Below, piece by piece: positions 36,139-48,962 of a stretch of DNA of 64,000 bases. Under the pieces are notes generated by a model. That model was not told where the DNA came from. It did no database searches and saw only the letters and a list, made by a program, of their open reading frames with translations. This DNA is from Obrimoposthia wandeli. Taxonomy: Eukaryota. The position numbers were made by a program, and so were the translations under genes. The stretch is taken from positions 2,108,001 to 2,172,000 of the forward strand of contig CDROCS010000506.1 of NCBI GenBank assembly GCA_977020255.1. The letters are read 5' to 3'. Position 1 is the first letter of the stretch; each line of letters starts with the position of its first letter.

Positions 36139-37596
36139 ATGAATATTATGAGCGTAGCGGAAATTAAAATGAATGATAGCGATAGTATTGCTGAAATTAC
36201 AGCGATGGAACATATCTTTAGTGCTCAAAAAGAGGCCTATGTAACTCAGGCTGAATGGGATCTGAGTGAGCGTAAAAAGCGTTTAAACCAATTTAAAACG
36301 GCTTTCCTTGCGAATAAAGATGCGCTTGTTACTGCTGTATCTGAAGATTATGGTCATCGTTCTCGTTACGATACATTGATCGCTGATATTTTACCGACGG
36401 TTGCACAATTTAATTATACCCTATCGCGCTTAGCAAAATGGATGAAGCCGACACGACGTAGTCCAGGGCTATTATTAGCGCCGGCTAGTGTTACGATCCA
36501 TTATCAGCCTGTTGGGGTTGTTGGTATTGTAGTACCTTGGAATTTCCCGATTAACTTAGCCATTGTACCTCTGATCACCAGTATTGCTGCCGGTAATCGT
36601 GCGATGTTAAAAATGTCGGAATTCACCCCGAAAACGAATCAAGTTTTAAAGAAAATTATTGAATCTGTTTTTGATAGTAAAGATGTGGCGATTGTCGAAG
36701 GTGAAATGGCTTTGTCTGCTGCTTTTACTAAACTGCCTTTTGATCATTTATTATTTACTGGCTCGACGGTTGTTGGTAAACACGTAATGCGTGCGGCCGC
36801 GGATAACTTAACGCCTGTGACGCTTGAGTTAGGTGGTAAGTCACCTGTTATTGTGGCGCCTGATATTGATATCAAGACCGCGGTTAATCGTATTATGCTA
36901 GGTAAAAGTTTAAACGCCGGGCAGATCTGTGTAGCGCCTGATTATATTCTTTGCCCCCGTGCAAAAGTTGACGAGTTTGTAAGTGAATATCGTAAAGAAT
37001 TTAATCGTCGCTATCCAGCTGCAATGGATAATGATGATTACACCAATATTGTCGATGATCGCCAATATGCGCGTCTTAAATCTTGGTTAGAAGATGCAAC
37101 GCAAAAAGGGGCTAAAGTTGAAACGATGCAATCGGGTAGTAGCTGTGACGATAAAAAGCATCGCATGTTGCCACACTTATTGTTAGATACAAATGAAGAT
37201 ATGCAATTGATGCAAGATGAAATCTTTGGTCCATTATTACCAATCTTACCTTATGATTCAATTGATGATGCGATCCGTTATATTAAAGCGCGTCCACATC
37301 CTTTGGCTTTATATATCATGAGCTTTGATAATGCGACACAACAGAAAATACAACGTGAGACGATTTCTGGTGGCGTCGCTATTAATGATACAATTATGCA
37401 TGTAGCCGCTGAAGATGCTCCGTTTGGTGGTGTCGGTTCCGCTGGTATGGGTCATTATCATGGTATCGAAGGTTTCCGTACTTTTTCAAAATCAAAAACG
37501 ATATTGAAACAAGGTAAATTCCATTCAACGCGCTTCGTGCATGCCCCTTATGGTAATTTGATACAAAAGATAATTTTGAAATTTTTCTTGAGATAA
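36139..37596 (+). CDS. Coniferyl-aldehyde-dehydrogenase-like ALDH (CalB family)
   Basis: PWNFP, FTGS, LELGGKSP, catalytic GQICVAPDY, EIFGP. Confidence 0.9.
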   Translation: MNIMSVAEIKMNDSDSIAEITAMEHIFSAQKEAYVTQAEWDLSERKKRLNQFKTAFLANKDALVTAVSEDYGHRSRYDTLIADILPTVAQFNYTLSRLAKWMKPTRRSPGLLLAPASVTIHYQPVGVVGIVVPWNFPINLAIVPLITSIAAGNRAMLKMSEFTPKTNQVLKKIIESVFDSKDVAIVEGEMALSAAFTKLPFDHLLFTGSTVVGKHVMRAAADNLTPVTLELGGKSPVIVAPDIDIKTAVNRIMLGKSLNAGQICVAPDYILCPRAKVDEFVSEYRKEFNRRYPAAMDNDDYTNIVDDRQYARLKSWLEDATQKGAKVETMQSGSSCDDKKHRMLPHLLLDTNEDMQLMQDEIFGPLLPILPYDSIDDAIRYIKARPHPLALYIMSFDNATQQKIQRETISGGVAINDTIMHVAAEDAPFGGVGSAGMGHYHGIEGFRTFSKSKTILKQGKFHSTRFVHAPYGNLIQKIILKFFLR

Positions 37597-37597
37597 T

Positions 37598-38188
37598 ATG
37601 ACTAAATCAAAAAGAACACTGATCTTGGATGGCGCATTAGCGTTATTCACGGTCAATGGTTTTCATGGTACTTCAACAGCGGCGATAGCTCGAGAAGCTA
37701 AAGTTGCTACGGGTACCTTGTTTCATCACTTTGCGACGAAAGAAGCTTTAATCGAAGCGTTATATTTTGAAGTGAAAAAAGAATTTGCACAGGCGTTGTT
37801 ACAAACAAATGAGCCTGATTCGCCTTTTCCATTGACGAATATTTGGGTTAATGGGGTGACTTGGTTAGTCAGCCAGCCACAAAAAATGGCCTTTATTTTA
37901 TTGTGCAGCCATTCGCTGTATTTTGATAAAAAGGTCCAACTGGCGATATGGCAAGAAGTGTTGGGCTTTTTTACCCAATTGCTTAATGCGGGGATTCAAA
38001 ATGGCACGGTGAAGGATTTACCTATCCCGTACCTGCTCACCACCTGTGAAAGTATTCTTTTATCCACGGCGAGTTATGTGTATGCATTACCTGCTGTAGA
38101 TCAAAAGGCTGCGATTAATTCGTCAATTAATGTAATTGTTGATGCTATTTCAGTTCAAGGTGCTGATATTCACTTACTCACGCGGTAA
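37598..38188 (+). CDS. TetR/AcrR-family regulator
   Basis: N-terminal HTH (GFHGTSTAAIAREAKVATGTLFHHF.TKE). Confidence 0.93.
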   Translation: MTKSKRTLILDGALALFTVNGFHGTSTAAIAREAKVATGTLFHHFATKEALIEALYFEVKKEFAQALLQTNEPDSPFPLTNIWVNGVTWLVSQPQKMAFILLCSHSLYFDKKVQLAIWQEVLGFFTQLLNAGIQNGTVKDLPIPYLLTTCESILLSTASYVYALPAVDQKAAINSSINVIVDAISVQGADIHLLTR

Positions 38189-38250
38189 GATGACGGTCTA
38201 ACCAAGTACTACTCGTGCTTGGTTGCCAAATTCGTATTCCTACCTCGTAA

Positions 38251-39276
<1,026 letters not shown>

Positions 39277-39335
39277 TGATTTAAAGATAATGAGGGTAGG
39301 GATAGTAACTCTGTCGATCATTATTTAGCGCTAAT

Positions 39336-39365
39336 AAAAAACCGAGCATCTGGCTCGGTTTTTTT
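39336..39365. terminator. Bidirectional terminator hemB/gppA
   Basis: AAAAAACCGAGC-atctg-GCTCGGTTTTTT. Confidence 0.9.
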
Positions 39366-39402
39366 GTTTTCATCACTTGATAATATCTATTATCTAATGA
39401 AA

Positions 39403-40905
39403 TTAACGCTCTTGAATACGTAGTTGCAGCTGTTGTTTTGCTTGTTGTGCTAACTCTGATGTGAGAGCCGCTGCACGTAATGGATGTTGGGATAACCATT
39501 GCGTTGGTAACGTGATCACGAGGGTATTATCTTCTGCAGCATCAAGTGAAAAATCAGGGATTGTGCCATCTGTACGGCGCAGGGCTAAAGTACATGATAC
39601 ACGTAGAATACGACAAAGCAGTAATGCACTAGCGTAACTGATTGCTGATTGCTGTGCTAATAAGGATAAGTTTAATTCATCACGCTGATTAATTAATAAC
39701 GCTGAAAGCAGTTGTTTTTGTGCTTTAGTGAAACCAAGCATATCCGTATTATCGATAAGGTAAGCCGCGTGTTGTGGTGCTTTCTTATAATCAATCGATA
39801 AACCAATTTCGTGCAAACTACTCACATAAGCAAGTAAAGGCCCTGCTTGGATATCGTCTACTGAAATCGTCGATTTTAATTGGTCAAAGGCTTTTAACGA
39901 CGTTAGTTTAACGCGTTCAGCTTGCTCTATATCGAGCTGATGTTTAACCATTAATGCATTCACAGTTTGTTGGCGAACGTTATGACTTGCTCGCAGGCCT
40001 GTCATCTCGTAAATAACGCCTTCTCTTAATGCGCCGCCCGCTAAAAACATATTGTTAATATCTAGGCTTTCAAATAACGCCGTTAGAATGGCCAAACCAC
40101 TGGTAAATACTGGTTTTCTATCGCTTGTTAAGCCTTTAATATTGAGGTTTTCAATATCGCCACAGGCAATTGCTTGCTGTTGGATCTTGTGTAGTTTAGC
40201 TAAGGTGATATGTTCGTTCTCACCTTGCGCGACCATTATTTCTTGCAGGGCTTGGATTGTACCGGATGCACCGATACAGCTATCCCAGCCCAAGGTTAAA
40301 TACTTTTCTTTTAGAGGACTCAAGACCGCTTTGGCCGCATCAATTGCTTGCGTAAAGTTGTGTTGATTGAGCTTACCATCGGAAAAATAGTTATTTAACC
40401 AAGTAACACAACCCATTTTAAAGCTATAAAGTAATTTAGCTTGGGCTTGTTCACCAATAATGAGTTCAGTGCTTGCACCGCCAATATCCACAACTAAACG
40501 ATTGCCTTGACCACTGCTGGTATAGGCAACGCCTTTGTAGATAAGTGCAGCTTCTTGTTCCCCGGAAATGATATTTACCGGATGTGCCAATATTTTTTCT
40601 GCTGTTGCTAGAAATTCAGCGACGTTGTTAGCAAGGCGTAATGTCGCCGTGCCGACAATGCGAATATTCGCAGTCGGAATATCTTGGAGTTGTTCTGCAA
40701 ACAAACTTAAGCAATCCCAACCACGCTGCAATGCTGCTTGATCAAGATTGTTGTTTGCATCCAGGCCCGCCGCAAGTCTTACTTTGCGTTTTACTTTAGC
40801 AACAGTTTGTAGGCTATTGTTAACTTCACGAACAACTAACATATGAAAGCTGTTTGAACCAAGGTCAATCACAGCATATAAATTTGACGAACTTTTTTTA
40901 CTCAC
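39403..40905 (-). CDS. gppA: pppGpp 5'-phosphohydrolase (Ppx/GppA family)
   Basis: IDLGSNSFH, DIGGASTE, GALREG, HEIG; upstream neighbour rhlB; start moved to GTG 40905. Confidence 0.92.
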   Translation of the reverse strand: MSKKSSSNLYAVIDLGSNSFHMLVVREVNNSLQTVAKVKRKVRLAAGLDANNNLDQAALQRGWDCLSLFAEQLQDIPTANIRIVGTATLRLANNVAEFLATAEKILAHPVNIISGEQEAALIYKGVAYTSSGQGNRLVVDIGGASTELIIGEQAQAKLLYSFKMGCVTWLNNYFSDGKLNQHNFTQAIDAAKAVLSPLKEKYLTLGWDSCIGASGTIQALQEIMVAQGENEHITLAKLHKIQQQAIACGDIENLNIKGLTSDRKPVFTSGLAILTALFESLDINNMFLAGGALREGVIYEMTGLRASHNVRQQTVNALMVKHQLDIEQAERVKLTSLKAFDQLKSTISVDDIQAGPLLAYVSSLHEIGLSIDYKKAPQHAAYLIDNTDMLGFTKAQKQLLSALLINQRDELNLSLLAQQSAISYASALLLCRILRVSCTLALRRTDGTIPDFSLDAAEDNTLVITLPTQWLSQHPLRAAALTSELAQQAKQQLQLRIQER

Positions 40906-40937
40906 ACTAATCACTTTATCTATAAACAAACATGTTA

Positions 40938-42233
40938 TTAATGGGTTTTGTTGTGCGTATTATGCTGACGTTGGCCAGTTCGACGCGTTTTACTACGATC
41001 GTTCATTGTACGTGAATTACCTGGACGAGCACGTTTGGTGTGAACTGGTCGTGGTAAGTCAGTTAATAATGCGGCTTTATCGTAATGACAAACCGGGATC
41101 GCATTTTCAATATATTCTTCAATCGCGGGTAAATTATAAATGTATTTTTCACAAGCGAAACTAATTGAATGACCTGTTTCACCAGCACGACCGGTACGGC
41201 CAATACGGTGGACATAATCACCACAATTATCGGGTAAATCGTAGTTGAAAACATGACTTACTAATGGAATATGCAGACCACGTGCAGCAACGTCTGTCGC
41301 TACTAGAATGTCTAATTTACCTTGGGTAAACTGTTCAAGAATACTGTTACGTTTCTTCTGCGGAATATCACCAGTTAATAAACCCACACGGTGTTTATCT
41401 GCAGCAAGGTGGCCCCAAATTTCTTCGCATTTGTGTTTAGTATTGGCAAATACAATGGCACGGTCTGGCCATTCTTCTTCGATTAACGTTTGTAATAAAG
41501 CCATCTTGTCATCATTTGATGGATGGAATAGCTCTTGAGTGATGCTGCTACCTGTTACTTTTTCTGCTTCAACAGTTACTTCTTCTGGTTCATTCATGTG
41601 CTGGTAAGCAAGTTCACGAATATCCCAAGTAAAGGTCGCTGAAAATAGTAGGTTTAAGCGCTGTTTTGGCTCAGGCATTTTACGCATTAGATAGCGAATG
41701 TCTTTAATGAAACCTTGATCTAACATGCGATCGGCTTCATCTAATACTAATGCTTCAACACCGGATAAATCCATTGCTTTTTGTTTTTCAAAATCAATGA
41801 TTCGGCCGACAGTACCAATAATGATATCGACACCGTTTGCAAGGTTTTCACGTTGAATATCGTAGCTTTCACCACCATAAACCAGACCCATTTTAAGGCC
41901 TGTTGCTTTGGCAATCGGTATAGCATCTTTATGAATTTGAATTGCAAGTTCACGAGTTGGCGCTAAGATGATAGCGCGAGGCTTATTTTTTGGACGATCT
42001 TCAGCGACTGGTGTTTTCAATAAATGATGGAAAATAGCGGCTAAAAATGCAATCGTTTTGCCTGTACCTGTCTGTGCTTGACCGGCGACATCTTTACCTT
42101 GGATGGCAAATGGCAAGCTAAGCGCTTGAATTGGTGTACAATATTCGAAGCCTGACGCTTCTAACCCAGAAAGTACGTCGGCGTTAAGGCCAAACTGGGA
42201 GAACTTATGTTCTGTAAGATGTTTTTTGCTCAT
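40938..42233 (-). CDS. rhlB: DEAD-box RNA helicase RhlB
   Basis: [29 protein letters not shown]; divergent from trxA. Confidence 0.96.
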   Translation of the reverse strand: MSKKHLTEHKFSQFGLNADVLSGLEASGFEYCTPIQALSLPFAIQGKDVAGQAQTGTGKTIAFLAAIFHHLLKTPVAEDRPKNKPRAIILAPTRELAIQIHKDAIPIAKATGLKMGLVYGGESYDIQRENLANGVDIIIGTVGRIIDFEKQKAMDLSGVEALVLDEADRMLDQGFIKDIRYLMRKMPEPKQRLNLLFSATFTWDIRELAYQHMNEPEEVTVEAEKVTGSSITQELFHPSNDDKMALLQTLIEEEWPDRAIVFANTKHKCEEIWGHLAADKHRVGLLTGDIPQKKRNSILEQFTQGKLDILVATDVAARGLHIPLVSHVFNYDLPDNCGDYVHRIGRTGRAGETGHSISFACEKYIYNLPAIEEYIENAIPVCHYDKAALLTDLPRPVHTKRARPGNSRTMNDRSKTRRTGQRQHNTHNKTH

Positions 42234-42342
42234 TTAATTAGCATATCAGGTTAAGCTTGCATTAAGAACTTAAATCTATTGAAATAGGGCAATGAGTGCC
42301 ACATATACGTAGTAACAAAATTATTTTTAATTGGAGTAATAA

Positions 42343-42669
42343 ATGAGCGACAAAATTATTCAGCTAACCGATGCTGCTTTCGAGACAGATGTTTTACATT
42401 CTGAATTACCTGTACTAGTTGATTTCTGGGCTGAGTGGTGTGGACCTTGCAAAATGATCGCACCGATCTTAAGCGAAGTTGCTGAAGAGTACGCAGGTAA
42501 AGTAACTATCGGTAAATTAAATATCGATCAAAATTCAGGTACGCCACCAAAATTTGGTATCCGCGGTATCCCGACTTTATTGTTATTTAAAAACGGTGCT
42601 GTAGCAGCAACGAAAGTTGGCGCACTATCAAAAGCGCAATTACAAAGTTTTCTAGACGAAAACCTGTAA
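42343..42669 (+). CDS. trxA: Thioredoxin 1
   Basis: [13 protein letters not shown]. Confidence 0.98.
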   Translation: MSDKIIQLTDAAFETDVLHSELPVLVDFWAEWCGPCKMIAPILSEVAEEYAGKVTIGKLNIDQNSGTPPKFGIRGIPTLLLFKNGAVAATKVGALSKAQLQSFLDENL

Positions 42670-42677
42670 CATGTAAA

Positions 42678-42714
42678 ATACTGACGAGATTTTGTTTTTT
42701 AATCTTGTCAGTAT
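42678..42714 (+). terminator. Hairpin after trxA
   Basis: ATACTGACGAGATT...AATCTTGTCAGTAT inverted repeat. Confidence 0.6.
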
Positions 42715-42726
42715 GCTATTATTCAG

Positions 42727-42755
42727 TGGACGAATAAAAATATAAATGCTAATTT
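42727..42755 (+). promoter_or_regulatory. rho promoter, followed by an about 180-nt C-rich leader
   Basis: TGGACG-17-TAATTT with extended TG, resembling the E. coli rho promoter as recalled; the leader contains a 10-bp hairpin at 42796-42818. Confidence 0.65.
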
Positions 42756-42942
42756 CACTGTGCGTTTATTGTTCTACGTGCCGAATCAGGTACACAATCA
42801 ATGATCCAATCATTGATTCAATAACTCAAATTATGGATTCATTACTTAGTGTATGAACCACACACTCGATCATTGATTCAAACCCTTTATCCTTGGTTGA
42901 CATCCCGTTACGCAAAGGTCGCATAAGCTCGAACTCATCATT

Positions 42943-44208
42943 ATGAATTTAACCGAATTAAAAAACACACCAGTTTCTGAACTTGTAAAACTGGGCGAAT
43001 CTATGGGCCTAGAAAATCTAGCTCGCTTAAGAAAACAAGACATCATTTTTTCTATCTTAAAAGCTCACGCTAAAAGCGGTGAAGACATTTTTGGTAATGG
43101 TGTTTTAGAGATTTTGCAGGATGGCTTTGGTTTCTTGCGTTCAGCAGATTGCTCGTATCTCGCCGGTCCTGATGATATTTATGTATCACCAAGTCAGATC
43201 CGTCGTTTTAACTTGCGAACGGGTGATACTGTAGGTGGTAAGATTCGACCGCCAAAAGATGGCGAACGTTATTTTGCTCTGCTCAAAATTAACGAAGTTA
43301 ACTTTGACCGCCCTGAAAATTCTCGTAATAAAATCCTCTTTGAAAACCTTACTCCAATCCACCCGAATGAACGTTTACGTTTAGAACGTGGTAATGGTAG
43401 TACCGAAGATATTACTGCGCGTATTCTTGATTTGAGTGCGCCTATCGGTAAAGGTCAACGTGGTTTAATTGTGGCACCGCCGAAAGCCGGTAAAACAATG
43501 TTATTACAAAATATCGCCTCTTCAATTGCGTTAAATCACCCAGACGCTACCTTAATGGTATTGCTGATTGATGAACGTCCTGAAGAAGTAACAGAAATGC
43601 AGCGTTTGGTTCGTGGTGAAGTAATTGCTTCAACATTTGATGAACCTGCTAACCGCCACGTACAAGTTGCGGAAATGATGATTGAAAAAGCGAAACGTCT
43701 TGTTGAACACAAGAAAGACGTGATCATCTTACTGGATTCTGTAACGCGTCTAGCACGTGCTTACAATACAGTAACTCCGTCATCAGGTAAGATCTTATCT
43801 GGTGGTGTTGATGCCAATGCTTTACACCGTCCGAAACGTTTCTTCGGTGCTGCTCGTAATGTTGAAGAAGGTGGTTCTTTAACTATTATCGCAACAGCAT
43901 TGATCGACACTGGTTCGAAAATGGACGAAGTAATTTACGAAGAATTTAAAGGTACTGGTAACCAAGAGTTACACCTTAACCGTAAAATTGCAGAACGTCG
44001 TATTTATCCTGCGATTGACTTCACTCGTTCAGGTACGCGTCGTGAAGAACTATTAGCAGATAAAGTTGAGCTACAAAAAATGTGGATCCTACGTAAAATC
44101 ATTCACCCAATGGGCGAGATTGATGCGATGGAATTCCTGATTGATAAACTGGCGATGACGAAAACGAATGATCAATTCTTCGAAGCAATGAAGACACAAA
44201 AATCATAA
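42943..44208 (+). CDS. rho: Transcription termination factor Rho
   Basis: [32 protein letters not shown]. Confidence 0.99.
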   Translation: MNLTELKNTPVSELVKLGESMGLENLARLRKQDIIFSILKAHAKSGEDIFGNGVLEILQDGFGFLRSADCSYLAGPDDIYVSPSQIRRFNLRTGDTVGGKIRPPKDGERYFALLKINEVNFDRPENSRNKILFENLTPIHPNERLRLERGNGSTEDITARILDLSAPIGKGQRGLIVAPPKAGKTMLLQNIASSIALNHPDATLMVLLIDERPEEVTEMQRLVRGEVIASTFDEPANRHVQVAEMMIEKAKRLVEHKKDVIILLDSVTRLARAYNTVTPSSGKILSGGVDANALHRPKRFFGAARNVEEGGSLTIIATALIDTGSKMDEVIYEEFKGTGNQELHLNRKIAERRIYPAIDFTRSGTRREELLADKVELQKMWILRKIIHPMGEIDAMEFLIDKLAMTKTNDQFFEAMKTQKS

Positions 44209-44315
44209 TCGTTTAGGCTAACGCCTGTGATTAATATTTAAAATAAGCGCCATACATTTTGTTTTTATAACAGGTGTGTGGCGTTTTTTTTGCAAAAAAT
44301 AGCATGGAACTGTTT

Positions 44316-45782
44316 ATGAAATATAAAGATCTAAGAGACTTTATTGCTTTGCTTGAAAGTAAGGGTCAGCTAAAACGTATTAAACAAGAAATTGATCCGT
44401 ACTTAGAAATGACAGAAATCTGTGATCGCACATTAAAAGCAGGCGGTCCGGCATTATTATTTGAAAACCCGAAAGGCCATACTATGCCAGTATTGGGTAA
44501 CCTTTTTGGTACACCCGATCGTGTTGCTATGGGTATGGGTCGCGAGAGTTTAAGCGAACTACGTGAAGTAGGTCAGTGGTTAGCGTATTTAAAAGAACCT
44601 GAGCCGCCAAAAGGCTTTAAAGAATTAATGGAAAAAGTGCCAATCTTTAAGCAGGTATTAAATATGCCGACGAAAAGATTGCGTAAAGCACCTTGCCAAG
44701 AAATCATCTTAACGGGTGATGATGTTGATTTAGGTAAGATACCTGTACAACATTGTTGGCCTGGTGACGTTGCACCATTGATTACTTGGGGTCTAACGAT
44801 CACTCAAGGGCCTTACAAAAAACGTCAGAATTTGGGTATTTACCGTCAGCAAGTGCTGAGTAAAAACAAAGTCATCATGCGTTGGTTATCACATCGTGGC
44901 GGCGCATTGGATTTTAAAGAATTCCAAGAGCTACATCCTGGTGAAAACTATCCCGTATCAGTGGCGTTAGGTGCTGATCCAGCGACGATTCTAGGCGCAG
45001 TGACCCCCGTTCCGGATACGTTATCTGAATATGCATTTGCTGGGTTGTTACGTGGCAGTCGTACTGAAGTGATTAAATCTATCTCTAATGATCTTGAAGT
45101 ACCTGCTGGTGCGGAAATCATTTTAGAAGGCTATATTGCGCCGGGCGAAATGGCTGAAGAAGGTCCTTATGGTGACCATACTGGTTACTATAATGAAACT
45201 GACTCATTCCCTGTGTTTACGGTTACGCACATTACCATGCGTAAAGACGCTATTTATCATTCTACTTATACGGGGCGTCCAGCTGATGAACCGGCTATAT
45301 TAGGCGTCGCATTGAATGAAGTGTTTGTGCCTATTTTACAAAAGCAGTTTCCTGAAATTGTCGACTTTTACTTACCGCCAGAAGGCTGTTCGTACCGTAT
45401 GGCTATTGTTACGATCAAGAAACAATATCCGGGTCATGCAAAACGCGTGATGTTGGGCGTTTGGTCTTTCTTGCGCCAGTTCATGTATACCAAGTTCGTA
45501 ATCGTGTGTGATGATGATATTAATGCACGTGATTGGAATGATGTTATTTGGGCTATTACGACACGTATGGATCCGGCACGTGATACCACGATGATTGAGC
45601 ATACGCCAATTGATTATCTTGATTTTGCATCACCTGTGTCGGGTCTTGGCTCAAAAATGGGTATGGATGCAACCAATAAATGGCCTGGAGAAACCGATCG
45701 TGAATGGGGTGAACCTATTGTAATGGACGAGAAGGTTAAGCAACGAGTCGATGATTTATGGGACGAATTAGGTATTTTGTGA
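44316..45782 (+). CDS. ubiD: 4-hydroxy-3-polyprenylbenzoate decarboxylase
   Basis: [25 protein letters not shown]; start moved to ATG 44316. Confidence 0.97.
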   Translation: MKYKDLRDFIALLESKGQLKRIKQEIDPYLEMTEICDRTLKAGGPALLFENPKGHTMPVLGNLFGTPDRVAMGMGRESLSELREVGQWLAYLKEPEPPKGFKELMEKVPIFKQVLNMPTKRLRKAPCQEIILTGDDVDLGKIPVQHCWPGDVAPLITWGLTITQGPYKKRQNLGIYRQQVLSKNKVIMRWLSHRGGALDFKEFQELHPGENYPVSVALGADPATILGAVTPVPDTLSEYAFAGLLRGSRTEVIKSISNDLEVPAGAEIILEGYIAPGEMAEEGPYGDHTGYYNETDSFPVFTVTHITMRKDAIYHSTYTGRPADEPAILGVALNEVFVPILQKQFPEIVDFYLPPEGCSYRMAIVTIKKQYPGHAKRVMLGVWSFLRQFMYTKFVIVCDDDINARDWNDVIWAITTRMDPARDTTMIEHTPIDYLDFASPVSGLGSKMGMDATNKWPGETDREWGEPIVMDEKVKQRVDDLWDELGIL

Positions 45783-45843
45783 TATAAATGAGCTAGATCA
45801 TAAAAATTCGTGCTTGTCAGAGATTAAGTTTTAAAGGGAATGT

Positions 45844-46533
45844 ATGTTAAGAATAAAGTGTGAAGTGACGTTATTAGAGTCTTATACAGATACTGTATTT
45901 AACGTGAAATTGAAACCTGAACAGAAGGTGGATTTTCAAGCTGGACAATATCTAATGGTGGTCATGGCAGAAGATGACAAGCGCCCATTTTCAATTGCTT
46001 CTAATCCAAGTAATGATGAAATTCTAGAATTGCACATTGGTGCATCAGAACAAAATTCATATGCAATGCAAGTTGTAGAACGTCTAAAATCAGGTTCGAT
46101 TGAAGTTGAACTACCTGGCGGTAATGCAGGGCTAAGAGAAGATTCTGAGCGTCCTCTAGTATTAATTGCTGGCGGTACTGGTTTCTCGTATACCAAATCG
46201 ATTTTAGAACGTGCTGTTGAAGTGAGTAAACGTCCTATTTCATTGTATTGGGGCGCACGTGAAGAGTCGCACCTATATGCATTCTCACTCGCACAAGAAT
46301 TAGATGATGCGCATCCACAGGTAACATTTATTCCTGTTGTTGAAACTGCACCTGCAGAATGGTCTGGTAAAATAGGTCAAGTTCATCAAGTGGTAATGGC
46401 AGATGTTGCTGACTTAGCGGCTTGTGATATTTATATCGCTGGTCGTTTTGAAATGGCGGGCGCTGCGCGTACTGACTTTGCACCACTTGGCGTAAAAGAA
46501 CATTTATATGGCGATGCATTTGAATTCATTTAA
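45844..46533 (+). CDS. fre: NAD(P)H-flavin reductase
   Basis: RPFSIAS, IAGGTGFSY, AGRFEM, terminal DAFEFI. Confidence 0.95.
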   Translation: MLRIKCEVTLLESYTDTVFNVKLKPEQKVDFQAGQYLMVVMAEDDKRPFSIASNPSNDEILELHIGASEQNSYAMQVVERLKSGSIEVELPGGNAGLREDSERPLVLIAGGTGFSYTKSILERAVEVSKRPISLYWGAREESHLYAFSLAQELDDAHPQVTFIPVVETAPAEWSGKIGQVHQVVMADVADLAACDIYIAGRFEMAGAARTDFAPLGVKEHLYGDAFEFI

Positions 46534-46578
46534 GTGATTCGAACGACCGTTAATCGATACTGAATATGTATTGGTAAT

Positions 46579-46611
46579 AAAAAAGCCGTAACAGATGTTA
46601 CGGCTTTTTTT
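46579..46611. terminator. Bidirectional terminator fre/hemY
   Basis: AAAAAAGCCGTAACA-ga-TGTTACGGCTTTTTT. Confidence 0.9.
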
Positions 46612-46633
46612 ATATCTTCAATTTAATGATGAC

Positions 46634-47809
46634 TTACAAATCTTGTTGATGGTAGCTCAAGCTTTGTTTATAAGTTGCATTCGCATCGTTAATACGGCCT
46701 AGTTTTTCGTATGCTAGAGCTAATGCAGCATAAGCTGATGTCGATGGTGCTTGAGTTATACCTTGGCTTAACTCTTTAGCAGCGTCGCTCCAGCGTCCTT
46801 CTTTCACCATTAATTGGCCAATACTCACCGCTAACAAGCCCGAACCTTCACGGCTTTGCTGCAGGCGTTTAAGGCGTTCAATTAATGCGTGATGATCGGT
46901 CAGGTTTAATTGTGACGTTAGCGTGATTAACTCAGGGTAAAACTCATTGCTTAATGCGTCCATGATTAACAGGTATGCAGACTGATCATCATTACGACTC
47001 ATCAGTAAACTTGCTGTTTCAGCCAGGTAACGACCATCATGTTTTAACGTTTTAGGTAATGAACTCCAAGTATCAAGTAGACCTGTACTACCTTGTTGTT
47101 TTGCTACTTCGCCTAAATGCTGGAAGTGACTGCTTTTACGAAGTTCATCAGCTTCACTTCCGCTCAGTAATTTTTGTTTTTGTAATGGTGTAATAAGGTT
47201 GAGTAATTGACCCCATTCTTTTCTTTCTATGCACACGTTTTTAAATAAAGTTAGTACTACTTTGTTTTTAGGGTGCTGGTCATATAATGAAGAGAGTGAA
47301 GCAAATGCTTGTTCAAATTGCAGTTGTTCAACTTGTAATTTAGCCTGCGTGAGTTCTACTGCAAAGATATTTTTATTCGCATTCTTGTGTGCCAATAATA
47401 AATACTCATCACGTTTGCCTTCGTTACCAAGACCTTGTGCTGATTGTGCAGCAGCAAGGTAGTTTAATACCGGCACTTGTGCTTTTTTCGCTGCTTTTAG
47501 GGTTAACGTTTCAGCTCGCTTAAAGTCACCACTGGCTAATGCTAGAATACCTTTTTCAGTTTGTATTTTTGCTCGCGCTTGATGATAGCGATTAAACCAA
47601 CCTAAGCTGTGCGTCAGTCTGTTGATTAACGCCTCGATTGCTAACAACCCAAAGTAGAAACCAACAACCATGATCACGGCGCTACTCACCGTTGCATCAA
47701 TGATATAGTCTCCAGCGGCAATCATCACATAACCTTTATTGCCCATTAAATAAGGGGCACCTATTGCACCTGCAAGAAGCAGCGCGATTAATACTATAAA
47801 TCTAACCAT
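46634..47809 (-). CDS. hemY: Heme biosynthesis TPR protein HemY (enterobacterial type)
   Basis: N-terminal TMs (GYVMI), TPR-like helices, position after hemX. Confidence 0.9.
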   Translation of the reverse strand: MVRFIVLIALLLAGAIGAPYLMGNKGYVMIAAGDYIIDATVSSAVIMVVGFYFGLLAIEALINRLTHSLGWFNRYHQARAKIQTEKGILALASGDFKRAETLTLKAAKKAQVPVLNYLAAAQSAQGLGNEGKRDEYLLLAHKNANKNIFAVELTQAKLQVEQLQFEQAFASLSSLYDQHPKNKVVLTLFKNVCIERKEWGQLLNLITPLQKQKLLSGSEADELRKSSHFQHLGEVAKQQGSTGLLDTWSSLPKTLKHDGRYLAETASLLMSRNDDQSAYLLIMDALSNEFYPELITLTSQLNLTDHHALIERLKRLQQSREGSGLLAVSIGQLMVKEGRWSDAAKELSQGITQAPSTSAYAALALAYEKLGRINDANATYKQSLSYHQQDL

Positions 47810-47825
47810 TGTTATCTGCCTCCGC

Positions 47826-48962
47826 TTATTCTGTGCCAGTGTTATTTGCTAATGAATTGATTTTTCGATCTCGAATTGTCGTCTGAATCAACGCTGCACT
47901 CTTTAACTTGCTTGGGTATGTGGTCGTAATCGTTGTATCTTTTAGCGTACTAAGCGTTGTTAACATCGCTTGAGTGGCCGGTTGATTGACATCGTAATAG
48001 CGTTTAATCCACGTGTTTGCTGTTTTCAGTGCAAGCTTAAATTTAGCTTGGTCTTGACGATATACCGCTAATTCAGCTTGTAGTAGCTGAGTTTTCAGAT
48101 TTTCAGTTAAATACCAAGCTGTTTGTGGTGAAAGCAGCGCATCGACAGAATTATCTTGGCGACGGATGGTAATGAAATTGGCGCTGAATGACTGCCACGA
48201 TTTCGTTAAGTTTTCTTTCCAATCAGAGCTGTTATTAGATAATTCTTTATCGGTTTTAACGATATCAGGACGAGTTAAACCTGCTAAAACTAGGTTATCG
48301 ACTTCTTCAGCTTGGATCGCTAGTTTTAATGCTAAGCCATCGTGGTCAATACGCGGTAATTTAGTTAGTGTCGCAATATCTTGCTCAATCACTTTACGCA
48401 GTGGTAATAAACTTGGATCGTTTAATTGTGTTAGACGGCGGCTTGCCGATGATAGCAGGGCTAAGCTGGTATCAATGTCTTGCTCTAGTGCAATTTTACG
48501 ACCGGCGATACGAATTAAATATTCCGCTTCAGCCAGCATCCACTCATTGGGATTACGCATTTTTAAGTTAGCGATTGCAAGTTGCACCGTTTCAAGTTGT
48601 GCGTTGGTTAGCTTTTCACTTGCTTCAATATCAGCCACTTGCTGTGTTGTTTGTTTTAATTGACCAGCAACAGTTTGTTTATTTTCACTTAATTGTAGGC
48701 GAAGTGACTGTTGGCTGTCTTTTTGATCTTGCAGCTGCGCTTGTAATGTCGCCATAACTTGCTGCTGAATTTGATTTTGCTGATGGCTATGGTAATAAAG
48801 ACCCGCACCAAGACCAAGCGTTAACAGTATTGCTACTGCACCAGTGATCACGCCAGCTTTACTTGCTGGTTTATTTTCCTTTGTAATCGAGTCTGATGAG
48901 TCAATAATGCCTTTCGCTGGTTTAGCATTGGCATTTTGACTATTATTTTTTTTATCTGTCAT
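47826..48962 (-). CDS. hemX: HemX
   Basis: TM + coiled coil, WMLAEAEYLIRIA, LLSP, W...YYD. Confidence 0.9.
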   Translation of the reverse strand: MTDKKNNSQNANAKPAKGIIDSSDSITKENKPASKAGVITGAVAILLTLGLGAGLYYHSHQQNQIQQQVMATLQAQLQDQKDSQQSLRLQLSENKQTVAGQLKQTTQQVADIEASEKLTNAQLETVQLAIANLKMRNPNEWMLAEAEYLIRIAGRKIALEQDIDTSLALLSSASRRLTQLNDPSLLPLRKVIEQDIATLTKLPRIDHDGLALKLAIQAEEVDNLVLAGLTRPDIVKTDKELSNNSSDWKENLTKSWQSFSANFITIRRQDNSVDALLSPQTAWYLTENLKTQLLQAELAVYRQDQAKFKLALKTANTWIKRYYDVNQPATQAMLTTLSTLKDTTITTTYPSKLKSAALIQTTIRDRKINSLANNTGTE

